This document shows positions 25,434-36,986 of a stretch of 64,000 nucleotides of DNA, in pieces. The position numbers and the translations under genes were made by a program. Below the pieces are notes generated by a model that had not been told where the DNA came from, did no database searches, and saw only the letters and a list, made by a program, of their open reading frames with translations. The number at the start of each line of letters is the position of its first letter. Position 1 is the first letter of the stretch. Source of the stretch: Asterionella formosa (Eukaryota); assembly GCA_002256025.1 (NCBI GenBank), contig NKIB01012180.1:1-64000 (forward strand). The letters run 5' to 3'.

Positions 25434-26248
25434 CTTGTCTTAGTACCTGCAAGCAAGCAAGCAAGCAAGGGGTACTTCCTTTGGCGCTCAAATATGATTA
25501 TTACGGAATTGTGTACCGTATCGCGTGATTCCGCTTTAGAATATCCTACGGCAAAATGATTGCTAATGTGGAGCAAGAAGCTTCTCCAAGCTGCAGTGAA
25601 TGCGTCAAAGGAAAGAGATTCGACCCAACAGATTGGTAGGTGCTTTTGATAACCTTGGAGTAGTTTTTGCGTGACCGGCAAGTAGTCGGATACTGAAAAT
25701 GAACGTAGATCGTCACGTAGCGAGTACCAGGAAGAAGGAGGCTCAATCTTTGACTTTTCTGCTTCTCACCGATCCTTCACTACTCTACAATATCAAGAGA
25801 CACAGCAGAGCAGATTAGCCGACACGAAAGGTATGAATGATCCAACTCGACGATCGTCGCTTCTCCAATGAAAGGCCAATTTTACCCGTACACGCCAGGA
25901 CGCTACTGCTCGACTACCGGTCCCCTGGTACTGGTAGCAGGTCAATAGGAAAATCAGGCCTGTGCCGTCAAAATAAGCAGCTTTTCAAGGCCTTCACAAT
26001 TTAGTTGGTCAAATGGTGATGCATAAAGATACTGCTAGTGAAGCGTCCTTGCCTTCTGATTGGCCTGCATCAATATATCCTTGAGTTTACTATATTCATA
26101 TCATAGGTGGCTAGTTAGTATAAAATAATGACAACAATCCCAAATCTGTATACCGGGATATGTAATCCTAAAGGTCCCGGTACACATTATACATAAAAAA
26201 CAAGAATAGGGCGTGGTACATAGGAGTAGACCACCAGCAATATAGGTA

Positions 26249-26343
26249 CCAGCAAGTTGCGGTAATTTTGCTGAGCTAAAGATTTAGCTATTTTTATCCT
26301 AGATAAAGTTGTCTATTTAAGCAAAATGACCGCAGCGTGCAGG
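26249..26343. mobile_element. 95-bp MITE with TA target duplication (Tc1/mariner-type architecture)
   Basis: TA|CCAGCAAGTTGCGGTAATTTTGCT ... AGCAAAATGACCGCAGCGTGCAGG|TA: 24-bp TIR with 4 mismatches. Confidence 0.8.
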
Positions 26344-27143
26344 TACTGTACCAGGTCCCAGTAATTTACACGGATCATTTTTCTGTAGATGTAGACCGGT
26401 AGATGCTCCAAGCAATCATTACCCGACAAAAGCACATAGCATCTGTAGACTTACTACCTGTACTGCAATATCATGTAGATCCGTGTACCAGTTACTCTGA
26501 GTACCTGGTACCAGGTACCACTTAAAAACTGCAGGCTAGCATTATTTTCCTCCATCTTCCGACTGAAGCAATACAGCAATCAAACTTGATGCAAGCACTA
26601 GCTAAGTGCATGTTAGACTATGCACTCAACTCAACTAATAAGTAATCAGTTTTGAATGGGTCTTCCAAATCTCTACATCCAGGAAGATGCAACTGCACCC
26701 ATGTTTGAATAATTATAGACTCTATCATCATCACTTTTGTACCACATAATTGTAAAATCATTACAAACTCAAGGAAAACTGCAATGATGATGGTTGCCAC
26801 TATCAGCACAGTCAGTTTCATGTGATTGTTACTCTTTCTGAGCATCTACATCACACACCTCAATACCTTCTTCCTAAAATACAGCCTCTCATGAAAGAAA
26901 ATTCAAGATTCAATGAGAAATTAAATTTGTGTCAAGGTTGTGTTGCTGGCACTTTCTTGGTATGATGTTGTTTGCTTGTTATTTCATTAGCTTTCTGCCT
27001 TTTGCTCATTTCAAAGACTCACACAAGTAATCTAGCTTGCTGATCAGATACTAAAATATTTATGACAGCTCCAATATAATGAGGTGAGAACCAAGATGAT
27101 TGGCCTGTGTGCTTTGCCATTTTTATCAATTGTGCAACTCTAA

Positions 27144-27378
27144 TATATTGTCAATTAAATCTTATAGTATATTAGAGCTATCCAATAATTGCACTCGTGC
27201 CTAAATAAATGGGCACAAATAGTTCCAGTTTTATTTGTCTGTACAGTACAATGGGACTTGTCTCCATGTCAGCCACACACCCCAGAATCCTCAGGGCTAC
27301 ATAAAAGATCAAAAGGTGGAGAATGAAGGAATCGAACCCGCCACCTCATGAGGTGTGCTAACAACTAAGCAATTCCTC
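27144..27378 (-). mobile_element. tRNA-Ala-derived SINE-like insertion, copy 2
   Basis: Head GAGGAATTGCTTAGTTG...GAGGTGGCGGGTTCGATTCCTTCATTCTCCA (27378-27317) lacks an intact anticodon arm. Perfect 16-bp direct repeat AATTGTGCAACTCTAA at 27128-27143 and 27379-27394. Confidence 0.75.
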
Positions 27379-29251
27379 AATTGTGCAACTCTAAAATAAA
27401 TATCTCGCTCCTATTTGCAGGAATCATTGCATCTTATCCAACAATCAGCCATGACCACCAGATGCTAGTAGTGAAACAGCAGCTAATGCTGTTCTTGAAG
27501 AGAATGATGTGGTATGATGATTGTTGCAGGAAAATTGATTTGAAAGTTGTTAACGCAAGCAAGTAGAGCAATGATTCTATACCAGCCAGCATGCTATTCA
27601 GCAAGTTTTGCAACTACTATTCTTAGTAGTGCCAGCTAGCTAGACATGTAATGTAAATAGTTCAGTTAGATATTTCAACAACATTAATTTGCGGTAGCAT
27701 TTTCATATTACTTTACTCTTCATAGAAATTATAGTTGATTATTGCAAACAATATTTGTGGTTGTTGAGACAGAAATTATGTAATCAGAAATACCAAAATA
27801 TTGTAAGTTTGCTTGCCCCAAAATTTATTTGGGTTTATTAAAAGATTATGCTAGTTGTCGAAACTTTTTAGTTCACTCCTATCAATTACATTATATCAGG
27901 TATCACATTGTATATTTGATGCCATATCATTAAATTATTTACTTAGCCCAATTCATCATATTGGGCCATCCAAATTATTTTTTGGGGTGATAATGATAAA
28001 TGAGTGACAAATCAGCCCTTGTATTCACTGTAGTTGTTCCTGTTGCTGGTAGTCTTGCAACAGGTGATATAACTTCACCTTGTGGCAAGTATAAAGAGGT
28101 CATTGCTACGAATATACCCAAGCCATTGCCAGCCAGGTGAGCTCTAGCTAGTCATCTGAAAAAGGACTTGAGCAAGGAAGGACATATCTTTTCTTTGAGT
28201 TAAGGGCGATTTTTTTAACAGAGATACAAATTAGTTTTTTTATAGCAAAACAGTTAGCTGTGCATCAGACAAAAGTAAAATAAGCGAATTTATAGCTATG
28301 TGGTATAACCATTCCTGCTGCGCATCATCGCCATCTTCCACCTGCATCCAGAGTTGCCTGTCAGACAAGAGTACTGATACTTACGCATGTGGTTGCAGAT
28401 ACTTCACTCATTCCTGAGCTGCCAAACAAGACAAATATGAAGACGCCATGTCGGAGCTATCAGTTTAAAACTGTTGATTTTCACGAAAACCTGGCCGCTC
28501 AATACCAATGGGAAGTCATCATGCATTGTAAGTCCCTCATGATTTGATCATAATAGTCATCTCAAGAAAATTAGTCAATCAGAGATTATTGACAGTTTTC
28601 TTGTCAGCATACTGCAGAATTGAATAAAAACACCCGGGATTTGCTGTATCACACATTGTCTACTGAAGAATGCGACATGTTGCTGGTGGTTTGACTAACA
28701 GTAGAGTCCTCTTACATAATGAAAGTCAATGACTTGCGTCCTTGCTGAGAGTTGGAAGAGACTTCACTGTCTTGCGCTGACTCAAATTCAATCTATCTTC
28801 GGTGTCGCTCGAATCATCCGCACTCTTAGAAACATTTTGTCGAGAAGGCCACAAGCGGACTGACTTGTTCTTCTTGATTTTCCAACTGCTGCTGGCGAGC
28901 TTGAATTTCCGTAGCTCAAGCAAGCTCAATTTGTTTTTATTCTGAATCAATGCGCTTCTCCTGAAGATTCAGAAGTAGTTCTTCTAAATCAATCTTCTCT
29001 CGCACTGTCCCAATTCAGTTTTCGTATAGGAAATTTTGATGATCAATTTACTTGAATAGCCTCTCCTTGATGTTGCGGCGAAAGCATGTCTATCCATTTC
29101 ATTATTACTGTGCCATTGCTCTATGAGAAGTAGCAACAACAAGAAGCACAACTCATAAATGCTGCAATATGTACTGAAACCATAATTATACGAGTTGCGA
29201 TAATGCTTACTGGTGATCCCTCCTGCTCCCAAAAATCGTTTCCGTTGTTTC

Positions 29252-29370
29252 CATTAGAGATGAATTGCTGTCTGTTATGATTAATTTAATTACTTAACAA
29301 AAATTAAACATTAGAGATGAATTGTTGCCTTTTCTGATTAATTTAATTTAATTACATAACAAAAATTAAA
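29252..29370. repeat. Two tandem ~58-bp AT-rich copies
   Basis: CATTAGAGATGAATTG...TGATTAATTTAATTA...TAACAAAAATTAAA occurs twice. Confidence 0.85.
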
Positions 29371-31813
29371 TTATTAAAAAAATAGTAGCGATCCACACAG
29401 ATACACATTTCGGAGCAACAAAAAAGCGTTGCTGAGCAACATATAACTCGGATTGTGGGGATACAAAAAATTGGGCCGAACAACATATCTTCCCATTTTG
29501 TATCTCTTTTAAGACCTGCCCTAGCTAATACTGATAAAAAACATGTTCACGCTTCGTTTTTCTCTAAGAAAAGCCTCATTTGTATTTGATTCAAGTTTCC
29601 ATCTAAAATATCAAGACCGTTTTGGATGTTTGCAAACATTATTTGATCCAATCATGGGTATCTGGCCTGTTGTTGCAGAAGACCATTCATTAAATTACGA
29701 GTACATGCAGCAGATTGACTGAGACCAAATAATGCATTTACCACATTTGTAATGTTCACCAATCTTGCAGCTTCCACCGATGAGTCTACTTGCAACTGTC
29801 CTCTCCTGCCAGCCAATGGAGCAATCAATTGTCATATCAGATGAGCATCTGACATTTCGCTCCTCAGCAACCAGTTTTCGGGCTGATGCATGGCCTGTTG
29901 TCCACTAGCAAACAGATAATGTTTTGTTCGAAAAAGAATCGATTTGAATTCATCTCTAGCAAATCATGGTCCAACCAATTTAAATCCAACCCAACCAGGA
30001 AAAAAGAATTTACAGGCATTTCAAAATCATCAGTAAATGCCACAACACCTATGATTTCTTCGTCTTACATTATTTTCAAAATCAAAATTAGATGGATCGC
30101 AAGGATAGTTGTAGCTAGTTCGACCCTTCAGGTTTTTAAAAACCTGCTTTAAGAAATGATTTTTCATAGTTTTCAACATTGTTTCCAGAAGGCAAAGTTC
30201 CATCAGGGAGTAAAAATTGCGAACCAACTACTAAGGCCTTCTTCCAATTGATCAGAGCAAGCTGAGCCATCTTCAAGAGAATTCAAACAGCACCAATTAA
30301 AGTAGAAATACTCTTCATTCCAGTGCCAGCAGGAGATTTCGTATTGAATTTGAGATTCAAAAACATAAATGCTTTGATAATTACAAAAGTAGCAGTCTGC
30401 CTGCCTTACAGTCTTTTAACGCCAAATCAAAAGCTGAAACTCTATCTGGGAGAAAATTGTTCACCTCCTCTCTACTACACAGGTCTTCAAACTGGCCCCT
30501 TCCCCACAGCAGAGAATTCAAATATGCAATGCTTCCTTGCACATCTGGATCGCCGTGATAAAGTATAGATTTTTTGCTCGGAGTTTTTAATCATAATTGT
30601 AGCTAGGCTGTCTAGACATCTTGTCCATGACAGCAACAGTTCCTTGCAGCTCCTTCTGCCATGATGCAGAGGGCGGAGCAAGAGCATTCTTTGCTGATTC
30701 TAACGGTTCTTGGGAAAACCTAAATGTTGTCAACCACCCATTGACTGTGATGTAGGACGACAAAATATATAGAAAAATGCACAATTTTAATCAATCATTT
30801 TGATTTCTATTCGGAAATAGTTAATTTTCGCCCAAATTTGATGCTTTGTTGTTGTCTCCTCATCAAACCATATATACTTGTAGTACATATGAGTACTAAA
30901 ATAGTCTACGGTATTAATGTAAATAAATGTATGACAGTTCTATGCATACCAGGTAGTATTGTAGATTGTAGATACATACATAAGCATATAACTTGGCATT
31001 ACAAGTGGTACCAGGTACTCCTGGTAACAAAAGAATGAGTACATGATCACTGGGCTACCAAAATTGTATGTCCTTGTCCTTGTATCTTAGGATCATCGTG
31101 AATACATGAAAAGGGGAAGTCATACATATTTCGAAAACGCCTTTTTGTGCATTTGCGATATTTTTTTTGGCCATCAAAACAAAGTGGAGATGCATGAGAA
31201 GCCATGTTTCTTTGAACCATCAATAATCTCAACATCCTTATAAAGTTGGTTATAGCGGTAGAACAAAGGCAACTTGTATTCAATTATTGATTGCACAACC
31301 ATGAAAGTGGCAATTATGGGAAGGAAGAAAATGATGGTCTGCTTGTTTTGATGATCAGAACCATGAAATATCTGATGGTGTGGTCAATGTACACGTAGCA
31401 AGCAACCATAGAAAGTATATGGAATGATAGTTATTCTATTGAAAACTTAACCCAATTCACACTTAGCTAATATCCAATTCTCCAGCTGACATGAGCAATG
31501 CTGTCATTGAGAACTGATCCAAGAACAACATCAACAAAAAATTATTACACATACTTCCATATAAGGAAGTAATTACCACACCAAATTTTTTTATGTGCAT
31601 GGGACCAACAAGCATGGTACAGGGTTTGCTACGACAAACTGTGACTACAGTGTCACTAAAAAACTCCGTTGACTTACAAATGATGTTGTGCTCCCTACAG
31701 ATAAATGAAGGAAGTAAATGGCATTCCATTATCTAGTGTTGCTTTCACAAACTGTGTGATTTAAATGTAGCTTGATTCTAAGAATATACAATTTGGAGTG
31801 CATTGTTAGGAGC

Positions 31814-33003
31814 TCACTTGGCTCCAGCCTTCGAATCACCAAAGTCGATACCTCCTCGCTTAATGATTTCTATTGAGTAACCGTCAGGATCATAGGCAAA
31901 TGCAAGTCCCTTCATAGATCCACCGTCGGGTTCCTTCCTGAAACCGTACCCCATCGGGCGAAGAGCATCACAAGCTTCGTAAACATCATCTACGAGAAAC
32001 CCTATATGCCCAAATCCTTGGCGACCTTCTTCGTTACCGTTGAAATGCTTAAACTCCTCGTCAGATTTAGTGCCCTTATTCCATGTCAATTCTAGGACAG
32101 GGTTGAACAACATCTTGACGTCAGCATTGTCGGCTACGTTGGACGAGCCCAAGAAATACAGTGCAAAATCGTCAAACTCGCGTTCGCTCAAGACCTTCAT
32201 GCCAAGCTTTTCGTAAAAGGCAATGCTCCTTTTGGGGTCCTTGACACGAAGCATAGTTTGAGAAAAGTTGTGCTCGGCGGCAATTTTGGCACCGTCACCG
32301 CGCTTCACAATTTCGACCCAATAACCATCTGGATCGTAGATAAAGGCGATACCCTTCATTCTGCCTTCATCTGGCTTCTTTTTGAAAGAACATCCCGCTC
32401 TTTCCAGTTTCTCTGAAGTAGCGTAAACGTCGTCAACGTTTATAGCAATGTGACCAAAACCGTCGTTCTCAGCGTTGCCCGTATGGTACTTGAAGTCAAT
32501 GTCATCCTCGGTTCCGTAATTGTGGGTCAACTCCAGTGCGACGCCCTCCATTGACCATGTATAATCATGAGCTTCTTGTGAGCCAGGAGTGAAATTGTAT
32601 ATTTCCCCATCCGGCATAGTTGTCAAAAAGTAGATGCAGAATTTGTACTGAGGGAAATCAAACTTGTCAATGAGGGTAAATCCTAGATGATTTGTGTAGA
32701 ACGGAAGCGATTTGGTTGGATCTCTGTAAAGGAGCCTAAATGTCAGCATTGCAGAGTTGCAAGTGTCATACCTAGTCATTCTGATTATCGTGCTTACTTA
32801 ATGCGAAGCATTGTTTGTTGCCAAGTAGGCCTCCCTGGGCAAATGTCAGAGTTGGTCGACATCAGGCTTGCTTGCTTCCAGTTGAAACGTTGAACAGGCC
32901 GGCGAGACTTTTGGATGCTGATGAAAGCTGTTCCTGAAACAACAGGCGGTGGTGCAGTGATGACAGCAGTAGCGAGGGCCAATGTGAGTTTGTTGAACAG
33001 CAT
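31814..33003 (-). CDS. GLO1: Glyoxalase I (lactoylglutathione lyase), two-domain, 2 exons
   Basis: Intron 32797-32724 joins WQQTMLRIK to DPTKSL. Duplicated QTMLR, LELT(H/W)N, GFGHI, DPDGY motifs. Signal-like N-terminus ending TAF. Confidence 0.93.
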
Positions 33004-34974
33004 AACATGAAACAGTCATGTGATCTCATTTCGACCCTACGGTATTAGTGTCGAGTACCGGTACATGAGATAGTTCTATTCTCGTCGCCATCTCAGCTTG
33101 TCTGTGAGCAATCCCCACCCTAGCTATCGTCTTGCTTTTCGATGAGAACTGTGGGTGTCTAAGTAATTTTTAGTTTCATTTAAGTAATTTTTTTATTTAG
33201 GGGCAATATGGGGCACATTGGATTTTTCGGCAGTCAATTTTAGGTTTGAGCAGCAGGGACCATCGAGCAACGTCAGGAGTAGAATTTTCATGGGAAAAAG
33301 TTTACCGGTAGACAAATCAAAAATGCATGGACCACCGAATATACCGGTACCGGTATATGCATGAAAAATAGTCACACAAGAATGATTGTAACAAGCATCG
33401 AAAATTCGACATGATGTTGTTAAGCAACCAAAGTATGAAACGGAAATCGAAAGGTAAGACGTGAAAATGACAAGCAGGGAGTAGAGTAAAAAGTGAAAAA
33501 GAAAATGGGTCAGCGGAAAAATCGTGTGAAATTTTGTCAACGCATATTCATTAACAATTGTCAACTCACACTTTTTTTCGTTGCAACGAAATTTCAAAAA
33601 TTTTCAGATCGGGCCTGGCGGAGCAGAAACCGATGCCTGAATGGATTAAGAGGCAATGATGGTTTCTGAATTGATTTGGACTTGTGGTTGCGGAGGTGTT
33701 GGAGGAGCAACAGCTTGATAGCGGAGGTTTCGTGGTGCTGGCAGTGCAGAATTCTGGCAGTATCCGGCAGGAGGAGGAGCAGGATTCGTCGAAAATTTAC
33801 TGGCTGATGTGGAAATTTGTGAATTGGAAAATTGAGGAGGATAGTTTTGATTAGGTTGTTAGGGAGCAATGGAGTGATATGTTGTCAGTGCTGGCGAGAT
33901 ATGTTGCCCACATTGTTTGCGACCTGGAGACTTTGCAATCTTTGTGCGAGTTTCGATAAAAGTGGCTTGCTAGCGTTGGGAAACAGGAAAAGAATAATGT
34001 TAGTGTGTGTAAATTATACCTTGTAAAACAACAATCAAATGGCAACATATTTCACCTCATTGGACAGGCTGGTTTGACCAGTGGATACTGATTTGTTGCA
34101 TCGTCAGGAAGTGGAGGAGTAACATGACAATAGCCTTTATCAACGTTCTGAAGAGGAAGAAATACGTTTCATAATTAGTATACTCGACCATGGCGAGAAC
34201 TTAAATATGACAACAACAATCAACAAGCACATACCTGTCCTCTCTTCCTTGTTGAATACGAGTTAATGCAGAACACTGGTTCCATCATGTTCCGGCTGCT
34301 TTGCGGAGTTTGCGATAGCTCATTGAGATTGACGACTTTTCGTTTGTCATTGTAGAAGACTATGCAGCAGTAACAAAAGTAATATTGTGATTAGAAAGCA
34401 ATGAAACAATGCTATTGTAGGGCAGCTGAAAAAAAGCCAACATGTGAGCACTAAAACTTGCTGCCGAGATCTGATTTGTGTAGAACACGTAGAAAACATA
34501 ATACAAAAATATAGTTAAAATTTAACGGCTGATCATATCTGACGAAAATACCGGTTCTATGGCGAGATGGAAGCCTAACTTTGACCTACCATAACATTTT
34601 GAGTTTTGATACTCAATGACTGATTGATGTCGTTTTTGAACAATCATTAATTTATTTATCACTATATATCAAATATAGCGAAGGAGTTGACCGGAAAGGC
34701 TATCGGAAATCAACAGAAAGGGTAACCGAAATTTTGGCGTCACTGTGATGAAGCAAGTATGATGCAATGATATGAATCATATGAGAAGTCGAATTATCCA
34801 ACAACAAGCCAAATCCATTTGATGAAGAGTCAGTACTTGAGACATCAATGACCAGATTTTGTATACATCGGAGCATGCTGGAAGATAGCAGGGATGTAAA
34901 CAGTGGAATTTCTGTCAACACTTTAAAGAAACCATCATTTCGTGCCTTCATGTAGCTCCTCCTACTCTTGTCCA

Positions 34975-35241
34975 ATCTGGCAGTCGATTTTCCTTAAGTA
35001 AATGGCAGTCAATTGAGGGGCCATAGATATCAGTAATCAAATTCCCCTAAATAAATGGCAGTCGATTTTGGCAATAAAATCTAGGGGCTATTGAAAATAT
35101 TGAAGGTAGTTTGGCAGTTGAAAAATGGAGCATATCAAATATACAAAATATGTTTTATATGATGGGCAATTGCAGGATTGAGTAATCCAAAAAGTGTACA
35201 TATGAAATCTACAATATATGTTTTATATGATGGGCAATTGG
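34975..35241. repeat. Subterminal-type short repeats of a decayed element
   Basis: TGGCAGT(C/T)(G/A)A at ~34978, 35003, 35056, 35112; ATATGTTTTATATGATGGGCAATTG twice (~35148, ~35216); CCCCTAAATAAA (~35044) is inverted relative to ~33192. Confidence 0.6.
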
Positions 35242-35802
35242 CTGGTTTTCATCCAACATACAAACTATCTAAAATACGTTTTCAATGTTAACAGAAAGGG
35301 CAATGTAGTGGCGAAAAGAGCGCCAATAGCTAGTTTGTGAATTGCCTAGGTATTACCCTACTTGGGAGGAGTCTACCTACTCGTAATCTTGTGTACTCAG
35401 CTTGGGAGGCCCTCGCAGGTCGACCTTATCACAGCGCCGGGAGCGCCACTCATTCAGTCAACCTACTTGCACCTCCCAAGCCTCGAACACAAGAATACTC
35501 GCAGGCAGTCTCCACCCTCAGTCGTGTATTACCTTCAGTAGCTGCGATACCGCGAAGTACCGGTAGGATAGAAGCACGGTCGACCTGCGCAGTGATCGAA
35601 CCATCGACAATTGCTCACCGGTACCAGGTACCTGGTACCCTGGTACCTGGTTAACAGGTAGTAAGACCTTGTCCCCTGGTACCTGGTGGTACCTGGTACC
35701 ACCATGTACCGGTAGACTGCTTTAAGTTCTTTTGCATTTCTTGTCATGCATACTAAAAAAATTGGTGACCGAAATTGTTTTGCTCCGTGTTCGAGGAGGA
35801 CG

Positions 35803-36981
35803 ATGAAGCCGTATTCCATAATCATACCTGTCTCGTCCCTTTTCTCGATTTGTTTGGCATACCCCGGCCCGCATTGTCCATCATTTGGTTGTTCATTGCT
35901 TCCACGAGATGTCGCTTATGACGACAAGGCCCGGGCAGCCCTGAAGCACATCCGCGCCGAGCTGCCTGGTACATTATTCAATCAAGCAATGATAGAGCTC
36001 GAAACAAGCGGAGATGAAGACAAGGCGACAATGACGCTTATTGGATTCAAAGGAGGAGCATTGGAGGATCAAATCAACCAAGACCGTGCTTTTGTATTGA
36101 GCCCATTTGACCTAGTAGAAGGCCAGAATTGTCAAATGTTGGGCGTCTTCGATGGTCACGGGGAAATGGGGGAAATCGTTGCATCATACGCAGTGAAAGA
36201 GCTTCCCAAGCGCCTGAAAGAAAAAATAGGAAATCTAAATGGCGAAGTTAATGACGAATTCATCCAAAAAGCATTGATTGACTCATTCATCGAAATCGAT
36301 AGGGATATACCAACGAAGGGTGTTGGTGGATGCACGGGATCGGTCACACTTCAAATTGGTTCAAAGATGTTCATCGCAAATGCTGGAGATAGTCGCTCCG
36401 TTGTGGCTATATACATTGAGAAGACTGACGTCGTCAAGCTAATATACGTGACTCGAGAAGACAAGCCTCACCTCGAAGATGAACGAACTCGTATTGAATC
36501 AATGGGAGGTCGTGTCTATGTTCCCCCCGACTTGAAGGAGGAGTCCTCCAGGGTTTTGTCCGCGTCAAGTGGTAGTGCTCTAGCTATGAGTCGAAGTATC
36601 GGGGACTGGGAGATGATTGGAGCGATTGCAGAACCAATCGTTAAAATCATTGACGTAAGTGCTGTCATCAAAGCAGAAATCGAAGAAGCCAACGCAGGTT
36701 GTTCAGAGGATGAAGAATACTGTCCGGGATCAATAAAGGCAGAACATATCAGTATTTTTGCTGTTTCAGCAACCGATGGTATGATGGACTACATTGAACC
36801 GGAACATTTGGCTGGTGCATTTGCAACAACGTTTTACCGCACAACTGGACCGCACCCCCTTGTCATGTGTGAAGACCTCATTCTGATTGCTGCAAAGGGT
36901 TGGTATGATGAAATGGGAGGTCAATATCGTGACGATATAGCCGTTGCTGCTGCAAGGATTAAAGTTGAAGGGAAAGTATAG
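35803..36981 (+). CDS. PP2C (PPM) family phosphatase with signal peptide
   Basis: MKPYSIIIPVSSLFSICLA signal-like start; INQDR, GVFDGHG, ANAGDSR, LAMSRSIGD, SATDG, YRDDI. Confidence 0.92.
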   Translation: MKPYSIIIPVSSLFSICLAYPGPHCPSFGCSLLPRDVAYDDKARAALKHIRAELPGTLFNQAMIELETSGDEDKATMTLIGFKGGALEDQINQDRAFVLSPFDLVEGQNCQMLGVFDGHGEMGEIVASYAVKELPKRLKEKIGNLNGEVNDEFIQKALIDSFIEIDRDIPTKGVGGCTGSVTLQIGSKMFIANAGDSRSVVAIYIEKTDVVKLIYVTREDKPHLEDERTRIESMGGRVYVPPDLKEESSRVLSASSGSALAMSRSIGDWEMIGAIAEPIVKIIDVSAVIKAEIEEANAGCSEDEEYCPGSIKAEHISIFAVSATDGMMDYIEPEHLAGAFATTFYRTTGPHPLVMCEDLILIAAKGWYDEMGGQYRDDIAVAAARIKVEGKV

Positions 36982-36986
36982 CAACA

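Larger units (their letters stand above)
26518..31008. mobile_element. Possible large decayed TA-flanked element or nest of elements
   Basis: Left end TA|CCACTTAAAAACTG resembles the 921/1113 termini. Candidate right end ...AAGTGG|TA matches only ~6 bp exactly. Interior is AT-rich and CpG-poor with broken ORFs. Confidence 0.35.

Noticed and set aside
27317..27378. Functional tRNA gene (also 5541-5610)
   Set aside because: Anticodon arm deleted or mispaired and stems broken; treated as SINE-like heads.
35618..35712. Palindrome arrays as telomeric repeats, cloning linkers or bacterial methylation sites
   Set aside because: Units are mixed in orientation and length, and dispersed at gene 5' ends throughout native sequence.
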